Assembly: GCA_963733195.1 (NCBI GenBank) | Contig: CAVTCR010000059.1 | Span: forward strand, 96,001 to 160,000 | Length of the DNA: 64,000 nt | Direction: 5' to 3' | Source: an uncultured delta proteobacterium | GTDB lineage: Bacteria; Desulfobacterota; Binatia; Bin18 | Shown: positions 56,327-64,000 of the stretch, piece after piece | Layout of the letters: every line of letters begins with the position of its first letter | Position numbering within the stretch: position 1 is the stretch's first letter | The notes under the pieces: generated by a model | What the model saw: the letters and a program-made list of their open reading frames with translations, nothing else | What the model was told of the DNA's origin: nothing | Database searches by the model: none | Program-made: the position numbers and the translations under genes

Positions 56327-58735
56327 ATGGCGGCTATGGAATCGCTCGCTACCGTCTTACGTCGAGTCCCGTTGTTTGCGGATCTCCCACCTGGTGGCCT
56401 TGCCAAGATTATTGCCGATCTCCGTGAAGAGCAGCATCCGCGTGGGACTGTCATCTGCTATGAAGGTGAGGAGGCACATGATTTTTACATCGTCAAGTCT
56501 GGAACTCTAGAGATTCTGGTCAACCGGAGTGGGAACCAACGCGAAGTCGTAGCGGTTGTTGGTTCCCATGAATGGTTCGGGGAACGCGCGCTGTTTTCGG
56601 ATGGTTCTCGCTCGGCGACAGTGATTGCACGCAACGATGTCGAACTGTGGCGGTTGACCAAAGAAAAGTTCGATAGTCTGGTCGAGGAGAACCCGTGGCT
56701 GATTCTACACTTTACTCAGATTCTCAGTGACCGCCTGTATAATCGCAACCAGGAGTTGTCGAAAGTACAGGCCGCGTTCAACTGGCAAGTGGATGCGCTC
56801 TTTCGTACCCAGTCGCCGACACAGCAAGAATTCCTGACCCAAACTGCCATTCTTTCAACGCTTGAGCCTACGATCGTTCGTGAGCTGACTGGTCATGCAG
56901 AGGCGGAAGCGCTGCTGATGAAGCTTGCCGAGAGCGGCAGCTTTGTTTCTGGCACGGGTGATGCGTTACACTATCCAGAAGCCATTCGCGACTTTCTCCT
57001 TGCACGGTTAATGGAGCGAGTGGGAAGTGAAGGAGTCCGTGCCTTACATCAGCGTGCGGCACAGTTCTACGAACGCACCGGGCAATGGGATCTGACAATA
57101 GATCATTATCTTGAGGCCTCAGCATTTCAGGCAGCGGAGACAGCGCTCGCATCACATGCCAACGAGAGTTTTGCCGCTGGTCGTTTCGACACGTTACGTA
57201 AATGGCTCGATCATTTTCCTCAAACGTTTCGCGACAATGGCCTTGCTCCGATAGAGCAACGACTTGAACAAGCGTTGTCTGCCGAAACACTTTCTTCTTC
57301 TCCAGCTACTCAACACGGGTTCCTTGCGCGGCATGTTCCTTCCTGGATCACCCAATGGATAGCCGGAGGAGTCGGGATCGCCTTGGCGTTGGGAATCGGG
57401 TTTTCTCCTCCACTTGGTGAACTCAACACTGCCGGGATGCACATGCTCGCCCTCCTTGCGTGGGCGGTGGTTTTTTGGGTATTCGATGTGCTTCCTGATT
57501 ATGTTGTTGGCATAGGACTCATTGTCGGTTGGATTCTGTTCGCGATTGTCCCGCCCGAAGTTGCGGTGTCTGGTTTTACCACTAGTCCGTTTTTCCTCAT
57601 CATTGGTGTCCTTGGGATGACGGCATCTTTGCAAAGCTCAGGGTTGCTCTTTCGTCTCGCGCTGTACATTCTTCGCAGTTTTCCCCTGACGTATCGTGGT
57701 CAGACGTTAGGATTAGGTCTGAGTGGGACGGGAATCACAACTTGTATTCCAGATACAACCTCAGGGACGGCGATTGCCGGTCCGATTATCTTGGCGTTAT
57801 CGGACTCGCTCGGTTACACCCGTCGCAGCAATGGTTCCGCCGGGTTAGCAATGGCCGCTCTGCTTGGGTTTGGTCAAATGAGTCCATTTTTTCTCACCGG
57901 AGCCGCTGAGAATCTGCTTGCATGGGGACTTCTTCCTGAAGCAGCTCGCGCACAGATTACGTGGGGAGGGTGGTTCCTTGCTGCGCTGCCGTTAGCGTTG
58001 GTAACGTTTACCCTGGCGTTTATTGCGATTCAGTTTTTCTTTCCGCCAGAGTTTCAGCCCACTGTCTCGCGTGGATTGATCGATACGCAAATTGAAGCGT
58101 TAGGCCCTCCGTCACGCGCGGAGATTATTAATGCCCTCGTTGTTTTTGGTGCGATGCTTGGATGGATTAGTGCCCCGTACCATAGTGTCGATGTTGCCTG
58201 GGTGGCGATGCTGGGACTTTTACTGTTATTAGCGACGAACTTGCTCGATCGTACGGCATTTCGTTCCGGCATTAACTGGGACTTTCTCTTTTACCTTGGT
58301 GCAGTACTGAGCCTGACCAGTGTTGTGCGACAACTTGGGATCGACACGTGGGTAATTCGGCTCCTAACCCCACTGTTGGAGCCGTTAGTAGCAAATTCTA
58401 CGCAATTTCTTCTGGTGATGACGGTAGCGATCTTTGCTGCACGCTTCGTGCTGCCAAGTTTTCCGCTGGTGTCGCTACTGACGATGACCATCGTACCAAT
58501 TGCTGCCACCGCGGGGATCAGTCCACTTCCTTTATTGTTAGTGATCTGTACGAGTGTGGCGGTATGGTTTCTACCGTATCAAAGCACGTGCTACCTCGCT
58601 TTGTATTTTGGCACGAAAGAGAAAGCTTTTTCTCATAGCCAAGTACGACTATTGGCATGGAGCTTTGGTGTGATTTATTGGCTGGCGATTGCTGCGGCGA
58701 TTCCCTACTGGAGATGGTTGAAGTTGGTGCCATGA
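56327..58735 (+). CDS. cNMP-binding domain - MalT-like linker - DASS/SLC13 anion transporter fusion
   Basis: VPLFADL..EGE..FYIVKSG..FGERAL..RSATV; MalT-like QEFLTQTAIL..LHQRAA..DHYL..WLDHFP; DASS-like SGF, SGL..RLAL, IPDTT, LTGAAEN, ITWGGW, INWD, PYQS, PYW. Confidence 0.85.
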   Translation: MAAMESLATVLRRVPLFADLPPGGLAKIIADLREEQHPRGTVICYEGEEAHDFYIVKSGTLEILVNRSGNQREVVAVVGSHEWFGERALFSDGSRSATVIARNDVELWRLTKEKFDSLVEENPWLILHFTQILSDRLYNRNQELSKVQAAFNWQVDALFRTQSPTQQEFLTQTAILSTLEPTIVRELTGHAEAEALLMKLAESGSFVSGTGDALHYPEAIRDFLLARLMERVGSEGVRALHQRAAQFYERTGQWDLTIDHYLEASAFQAAETALASHANESFAAGRFDTLRKWLDHFPQTFRDNGLAPIEQRLEQALSAETLSSSPATQHGFLARHVPSWITQWIAGGVGIALALGIGFSPPLGELNTAGMHMLALLAWAVVFWVFDVLPDYVVGIGLIVGWILFAIVPPEVAVSGFTTSPFFLIIGVLGMTASLQSSGLLFRLALYILRSFPLTYRGQTLGLGLSGTGITTCIPDTTSGTAIAGPIILALSDSLGYTRRSNGSAGLAMAALLGFGQMSPFFLTGAAENLLAWGLLPEAARAQITWGGWFLAALPLALVTFTLAFIAIQFFFPPEFQPTVSRGLIDTQIEALGPPSRAEIINALVVFGAMLGWISAPYHSVDVAWVAMLGLLLLLATNLLDRTAFRSGINWDFLFYLGAVLSLTSVVRQLGIDTWVIRLLTPLLEPLVANSTQFLLVMTVAIFAARFVLPSFPLVSLLTMTIVPIAATAGISPLPLLLVICTSVAVWFLPYQSTCYLALYFGTKEKAFSHSQVRLLAWSFGVIYWLAIAAAIPYWRWLKLVP

Positions 58736-58758
58736 AAAATCGTGAGGAGTAAGCTTAG

Positions 58759-59442
58759 CTACTCATTTGGTAAGCCTCCGCCTCTGCGCCACATGAGAAT
58801 CCCAAGAGAAAGTATCCATAGCAGAAGAATGACACTCGCTGGCATATTGATCGTCATCGCCAACCCGGAAAACCCTGTATACGCTATCACGACACCTGCA
58901 GTCATTGTTGGCACGCCTCCTACGACGGCGAGTCCAGCGAGCCATTTCGGATACGTACGGTCAGCCAGCAGTGCCACTCCATACACACTTGCTGTGAGTC
59001 CCAATACGAGGCTCAACATACTGGCTAAGCCGATCTCGATTTGACGGACGGCGAACGCAGCCTGAAAGGCTCCGTTCTTTTGTTCTGGCAGTGCTGCGGC
59101 CCAGGCATCCACCATAACTTTCAGTGCGATACCGTCCACTGCCTGCAGTGCTGCTGCTACGGCGAGACTAGCAATCGCCCCTCCTGCTGCAATTCGCGCC
59201 CATCCTTTGCCTCTTCTCTCTTCCAATTGTTGCGTCAGGAACAAGAGCGCAGTTGCCATTAGTGTGACACCCGCTAGCTGGATAAGGTGGCTTGCGACCC
59301 ACAGATGGTCTGCCGCGTATTCGGTGAAAGCTGCAACAGCGTCGTTCGGGTCGGCTCCGAGCGGGTGCAAAAAGGTCCCGATGAAAAGCAATACACACCC
59401 AGCGATTGCACAGAGCGCTCCTATTTTGCTTTGGGGTAACAT
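58759..59442 (-). CDS. Hypothetical integral membrane protein (DUF4386-like)
   Basis: About 6 hydrophobic segments; LHP, WVASH, YPKWLA. Confidence 0.7.
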   Translation of the reverse strand: MLPQSKIGALCAIAGCVLLFIGTFLHPLGADPNDAVAAFTEYAADHLWVASHLIQLAGVTLMATALLFLTQQLEERRGKGWARIAAGGAIASLAVAAALQAVDGIALKVMVDAWAAALPEQKNGAFQAAFAVRQIEIGLASMLSLVLGLTASVYGVALLADRTYPKWLAGLAVVGGVPTMTAGVVIAYTGFSGLAMTINMPASVILLLWILSLGILMWRRGGGLPNE

Positions 59443-59487
59443 CTGCTAAGGCAATTCAGCAAAGACCTTTCTCGTCTTGTTATGGGT

Positions 59488-60765
59488 TTAACTGGCTGCT
59501 CCGGCTTCGGCTGCCGCTTCCCATGCTTGATACGGCCCAAGCCGCGTCATCAGTCCAGCCGCGATCAACGTAGCGACAACAAATACCCCGAGCCCGAGAC
59601 TGTATGAGCCAGTCGCGTCAAAGCCTTTGCCCATAAGGAGTGGACCGAAGACACCACCGAGCGTGAACGCACCAAAGGCGTAGCCGTAAATCTCACTAAA
59701 CGCGCGGAGACCAAAATATCGACTGATGAGATAGGCGATAATGTCCCCCTCTGCTCCCATGCCGAGACCGACGAGAAAGGCGGCAATGAATGCGACCGTT
59801 CCTGTGACACCGCTCCACAACAGCAGAAACCCAAGCGCAGCTCCACAGAAGAAACACAGCGCGACAGAGGACGCAAAGAAGTGATCAAGCAGATATCCTG
59901 CACCGACCCGTCCAAGTAACAACGCTGCGCCAAATAGTGAGGTTGCGCCTGCTGCAAGTTGTGGAGAAATCCCACGATCGGTCAGCAGTGGAACGAGGTG
60001 AATCAAGCAGCCATGTACACTTGCCGACATGAGAAAGAACGCACCGATTAAGATCCAAAACATGTGTGTCCGCCATGCTTCTTGCGCGCTCAATCCAACT
60101 TTCTGTTTGCTTGCGCTTGGACGGGTCGTATTGATTGCTTCACCGTCCGGACGAAGTCCTACCATCTCTGGTGTTTCTTTCAGGAACAGTCCAACCATCG
60201 GAATCGTCACGACCATGACCATCGCCCCGATCAGAATGTACGCTTGACGCCAGCCTTGCGAGACGATCAGCATTTGGGCAAGCGATGGCATAACAAACGC
60301 TCCGAGCCCTAGACCTGCCATGGCGATGCCAAGGGCCAGACCACGTCGCTTGTCAAACCAATGTGAAAGCACATTTGAATAGGGCACGGGTGCTGTGCCA
60401 CCCCCGACCAAGCCTAAGAGAATATACACGGCGTACAGATGCCACAGATTGCCCGACAACCATGAGAGCGACATCAAAGCGAGACCGAAGAGTGAGATTG
60501 AAGGAATAATAACTTTACGGGCACCGAAACGATCAACCAAACGCCCGATGACCGGAAAGGCCAGACTCATCACAAGAAGAGAGAGCGAGAACGCTTGTGA
60601 GATTTCGCCACGACTCCAGCCAAACTCCTGATTTAACAATCTGAGAAAGACACTAAAGGTGAACGTAACAATCGGACCGTAGCCCATAAAGAGGCCGATC
60701 GCGGCGACGAAGACAATCCACCAGCCATAGAGAAATGAATTATTTGCCTCTTTCGTCTGAGCCAT
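59488..60765 (-). CDS. MFS transporter (OFA/MCT-like)
   Basis: YGWWIV, EFGWSR, GRLVDRFGAR, WFDKRRGLALG, RYFGLRAFSEIYG. Confidence 0.93.
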   Translation of the reverse strand: MAQTKEANNSFLYGWWIVFVAAIGLFMGYGPIVTFTFSVFLRLLNQEFGWSRGEISQAFSLSLLVMSLAFPVIGRLVDRFGARKVIIPSISLFGLALMSLSWLSGNLWHLYAVYILLGLVGGGTAPVPYSNVLSHWFDKRRGLALGIAMAGLGLGAFVMPSLAQMLIVSQGWRQAYILIGAMVMVVTIPMVGLFLKETPEMVGLRPDGEAINTTRPSASKQKVGLSAQEAWRTHMFWILIGAFFLMSASVHGCLIHLVPLLTDRGISPQLAAGATSLFGAALLLGRVGAGYLLDHFFASSVALCFFCGAALGFLLLWSGVTGTVAFIAAFLVGLGMGAEGDIIAYLISRYFGLRAFSEIYGYAFGAFTLGGVFGPLLMGKGFDATGSYSLGLGVFVVATLIAAGLMTRLGPYQAWEAAAEAGAAS

Positions 60766-60817
60766 AACCTTCTGTTTCTCCGCTAAGCGAGTCCATAAAA
60801 GATTGGGACTCAAGGTT

Positions 60818-60924
60818 TGTCACCCTGAGTCCTTCGATAAACTCACCTGTGCCTGCGGCACTGGCGCAGGCAGGATAAATTCCACGAAGGGGCTCTCAGC
60901 GAGACCCTTCCGCTTAGAATGACA
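60818..60924. repeat. Composite palindromic element
   Basis: TGTCACCCTGAG..GAGACCCTTC..TTAGAATGACA (27758 family) enclosing GCCTGCGGCACTGGCGCAGGC. Confidence 0.7.
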
Positions 60925-60972
60925 ACCGTAAGTCGTCACTATGTTTAGTGTCCCAATGCTACATAATTCGAT

Positions 60973-62169
60973 TTAGAGCGCAAACGAGACCTTCACTGCG
61001 CCCGAAGTCTTCTTACTTGCCGCTTCGGTCAGCGCTTCGCGGTATTGCTCAAGCGGATACTTGCGTGGCTGAATTGAGGTGAGGTTTGCACGACGACGTA
61101 CAAGGAACTCGATTGCACGGCCAAAGGTGTCCACCTGTTTGCCTTTGAAAAATTCCGCACCATAGGTGAGGCTACCGATGATTTTGATCTCCTTCATCCA
61201 GATCGGTGTCCAGTCGATCCCTTGCGGAAGTGCAGCAAGCCCTAATATCACTACCGTGCCTTTTCCGCAGGTCATCCGTAGCGCCTGATTGATGGTTGTG
61301 TCATTGGTGATGGTGTCGTACACGAGCCGTGCACCACCGGCGAGAAGTGCGCCGCCACCGGAAAGTTTGTGGACTTTGCTTTGTGTCAACTCGCCGACAC
61401 GCTCCATGACATCATCTTTCTGCGCATCAATAATGTGATCCGCACCCAGCGTTCGCGCGAGTTTGGCCTGGAAGGGATATTTGGCTACGCAGACAACGCG
61501 ACAACTTAGCTCGACTGCCTTGAGTGCAGCGATATTCATCAGACCGATTGTTCCGGCGCCAATGACAACGACAAGCTCTTTCTTTTGCGGGGGATTATTG
61601 AGCACTGCCCGTAAACATACAGAGAAGGGTTCGAGGAGTGAGGCCTCATCGTCGTCAATTTTATCTGGCACTGGAAACAGTCGATGACTGGCCGCGACAA
61701 AGTATTCTCCCCATCCACCACCGGTGGTACGACAAATGCCAATCAGAATACCAGGGCTCAAGCAGCCATCTGCAAGTCGTTCGCAGATACCTGGGTTGCC
61801 ATTCCGACATTGCTGGCAGAGGGACTTAAAGCCACGTTCTCGACAACCGATCGAGGGGTCGATCGACACGCGCTGACCAACTGAAAGACCGCGGACTTTC
61901 TTGCCTACGGCTTCAATCTCACCAAATAGCTCGTGACCTGGAATAATTGGTAGTTGAAAATACGGTTCTGCGGCAGGCATCGGCTTGCCTTGCAGAAATC
62001 CGAGATCACTGCCACAGATACCGGCGATTTTGCTCTTAATCATAACCCAGTTCTCATCGGGTAAATCTGGAACTGGGACCTCGGCTAGCCGAAGGTGGGC
62101 AACACCAGGGAGATGCTCAGGGGCAGTTACTCCTCGTTGCTTTTCATTCAAAAAAAGAATGGCTTTCAT
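60973..62169 (-). CDS. Zinc-binding alcohol dehydrogenase family protein
   Basis: GICGSD, PGHE, C..CQQC..C, LLEP, IGAGTIG. Confidence 0.92.
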   Translation of the reverse strand: MKAILFLNEKQRGVTAPEHLPGVAHLRLAEVPVPDLPDENWVMIKSKIAGICGSDLGFLQGKPMPAAEPYFQLPIIPGHELFGEIEAVGKKVRGLSVGQRVSIDPSIGCRERGFKSLCQQCRNGNPGICERLADGCLSPGILIGICRTTGGGWGEYFVAASHRLFPVPDKIDDDEASLLEPFSVCLRAVLNNPPQKKELVVVIGAGTIGLMNIAALKAVELSCRVVCVAKYPFQAKLARTLGADHIIDAQKDDVMERVGELTQSKVHKLSGGGALLAGGARLVYDTITNDTTINQALRMTCGKGTVVILGLAALPQGIDWTPIWMKEIKIIGSLTYGAEFFKGKQVDTFGRAIEFLVRRRANLTSIQPRKYPLEQYREALTEAASKKTSGAVKVSFAL

Positions 62170-62882
62170 AGAGTGGCGGCCTTCACTAACAGTTGCTCGA
62201 CTTCTTCCGTCTTTCGTACCCTTCCGAACGCAAGGCTGAATGCTTGCAACGCCGAATGGTGGAGGGTCTCACTAAACGCTGTGCATGCGTCCTCAACAAT
62301 AATCACTTGAAAGCCTCTGTCCGCTGCGTCCCGCGCGGTGGTTTCTACACAGACATCGGTGGTCACACCACTGACAACGAGTGACTCGATGCCCATATTG
62401 CGCAGCGTCTGATCCAACATGGTGGAATTGAGCGTTCCGCTGGAGGTTTTGTTAATGACGAGCTCGTCGGGTAGCGGAGCAAGGCTATCGTCGATTTGCC
62501 AACTGGGCTCACTGACACGGGGAAACATACGCTGTCCGATGACATTAAGGCTTAACTGATCGAGATCTTTCCACATCTGGTTGAGATCCCGGCCATCAGG
62601 CGTACAGGTCCCGATCGCAGTATAGATAACCGGAAGGTGCTGGGCGCGAAAGCAGGTCTGGAGACGATTGATATTCGGAATGACCGTCGCGTTTACCCGT
62701 TCACAGTAGGGCCCTGTCACTCCTGGTTCGAGTTTCTCGAAGGTTTGCATCAGTGGATAATGCGGGCTAACAAAGTAGCGTTGCATGTCGATGATCAGTA
62801 ACGCGGTCTTATGCGGATCAAGCGTGATCGGAACCTGATCCTTTTGGCGGATGATAGCGAGAATCTTTTCGTGATCAGTCAT
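62166..62882 (-). CDS. Isochorismatase family cysteine hydrolase
   Basis: ALLIIDMQ, INK, GVTTDVCVETTARDA, VEDAC. Confidence 0.93.
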   Translation of the reverse strand: MTDHEKILAIIRQKDQVPITLDPHKTALLIIDMQRYFVSPHYPLMQTFEKLEPGVTGPYCERVNATVIPNINRLQTCFRAQHLPVIYTAIGTCTPDGRDLNQMWKDLDQLSLNVIGQRMFPRVSEPSWQIDDSLAPLPDELVINKTSSGTLNSTMLDQTLRNMGIESLVVSGVTTDVCVETTARDAADRGFQVIIVEDACTAFSETLHHSALQAFSLAFGRVRKTEEVEQLLVKAATL

Positions 62883-63070
62883 AGCGATGCTCCAAGAAAG
62901 CAATTGGATTATGTATCCATTTGTTCATCGATCCATTGGGCAAATGATCAATGACTTAATGACGTAATCCTCGTATGCAAGCAAGAGGTACACCGCAGCC
63001 TATAAAGGTTTTGTCATTCTCGCCTAACCTTGCTAAGGTTGCGATGGTACGTAAGAAGGAGTGTTGGGGA

Positions 63071-63616
63071 ATGGCACAGCTAACCGTGAAAGAATTTGAC
63101 GATCTTGTTGGTAACCTCGTTACCCATCTTGGGTTGAACCAGTTCTACGAGAAACTGCTGAGAGCAAATGCGGTGGTGTCGCGTAAACGTCCGGCGAGCG
63201 TGCAGGCACTTGCGACCCAGCTCTATCAATTAAGTGCAGGGTTACGGCGCGAGCATCCATCCCGCTATGCATTGGAGGTCCTGTGGCAGGACATGTTGTC
63301 GAAAAGTGTCAGCGAGGAGCAGAACAAAACCATTGAAGGGCTGATCGAGAAAGTGAATACGTGCCTGACTGATCGACTCGAGATCATCCCAGAGAAAACA
63401 GCCGATCTCGTCACTGCACTTGGCGATTATCATCGAGGTTTAGCAAGTCTCACAAATGATGAGGTTGCCTACATAGAACTGCTGCTTCGGGCGACGGGTG
63501 ATATTGCTCGATTTCTCCGTGAGCGAAGAACTGAAGTGATTGAAGCTGGTATGAAAAGAGCTGCTGAATCGCAGAAGGCCGAAGGGAGCGACCCAGTAAC
63601 GACGGGTGAAGCGTAG
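63071..63616 (+). CDS. Hypothetical alpha-helical protein
   Basis: Intact 181-aa ORF with RBS AAGGAG; no motif recognised. Confidence 0.7.
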   Translation: MAQLTVKEFDDLVGNLVTHLGLNQFYEKLLRANAVVSRKRPASVQALATQLYQLSAGLRREHPSRYALEVLWQDMLSKSVSEEQNKTIEGLIEKVNTCLTDRLEIIPEKTADLVTALGDYHRGLASLTNDEVAYIELLLRATGDIARFLRERRTEVIEAGMKRAAESQKAEGSDPVTTGEA

Positions 63617-63669
63617 AGAAGATGGACACAATACTGTTTGACAGTCGTTATGCGAGCATGTTTGTGGAT

Positions 63670-63778
63670 TCCTTCTCACCTTGTGGGAGAAAATCAGAAT
63701 GAGAAGGAACTTGAGGATACATCTCTATTGATCGCTCAACACCTTCACCCTAGCCCTCTCCCACGAAAGGAGAGGGGA
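63670..63778. repeat. CCCTCTCCC..GAGAGGG type palindromic doublet
   Basis: CCTTCACCCTAGCCCTCTCCCACGAAAGGAGAGGGG with a degenerate inverted partner at 63670. Confidence 0.6.
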
Positions 63779-63839
63779 AGACAAAGGCGACTCATGGCAC
63801 CGCCAAAATTTGAGCCGATCAGTATTGGGCAGGGCGCTT

Positions 63840-63998
63840 CTACTGTTGCAACCGGCATCGCCCGGGATGTTGTGGGTCTTCTTGTAATTCGTGAATCTTC
63901 CACATGCTAGTACTTTGCTGGCGAATGTCGGCAAGGCAAAAGAATGGTCCATATGTCGAAGTTTGCCCGTCCTGGTCAACTGCTGTGATGGATTGCAC
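63840..63998 (-). CDS. 3' end of an unknown gene entering from the right edge
   Basis: Open frame VQSITAVDQDGQTSTYGPFFCLADIRQ..RLQQ*; no function assignable. Confidence 0.3.
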   Translation of the reverse strand: MQSITAVDQDGQTSTYGPFFCLADIRQQSTSMWKIHELQEDPQHPGRCRLQQ

Positions 63999-64000
63999 AA

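Noticed and set aside
1-64000. CRISPR array, tRNA, rRNA, transposase or integrase
   Set aside because: No regularly spaced identical repeats with unique spacers, no cloverleaf with T-loop consensus, and no DDE, HUH or tyrosine-recombinase motifs recognised by eye
63725-64000. 91-aa minus-strand ORF from the track
   Set aside because: Runs through a palindromic repeat; the alternative frame ending at 63840 looks more protein-like

Overview
Gene-dense 64 kb bacterial chromosomal window. The gene content (LLM monooxygenases, SCP-x thiolase/OB-fold pair, STAND adenylate cyclase, GTP-type PEPCK, DapL) suggests an uncultured Deltaproteobacteria/Binatia-like organism, but this is inference. It carries about 60 CDS: housekeeping genes (dapL, lhgO, folK, transaldolase, pckG, pduO, mutS2), redox and detoxification enzymes, and transporters. 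I found no rRNA, tRNA, CRISPR array, transposase or integrase. Many conserved genes have single-base frameshifts, often in homopolymers, most likely long-read errors; 29.1-31.9 kb looks genuinely decayed. Most notable: (1) seven toxin-antitoxin-like cassettes, including two paralogous Phd/YefM + unrecognised ~86-aa RelE-like toxin pairs with YefM-type TGTACA boxes; (2) an HNH cassette bracketed by two synonymously diverged copies of a VOC gene 3' end; (3) GTAG-type REP palindromes and heptamer arrays translated in frame inside a STAND adenylate cyclase, with the same repeat families at many gene junctions; (4) a cNMP-binding / MalT-like / DASS transporter fusion; (5) a Hel308-like helicase with DExQ/N motif changes coupled to an unknown 489-aa protein; (6) a PAS-HisKA-REC protein lacking an ATPase domain.
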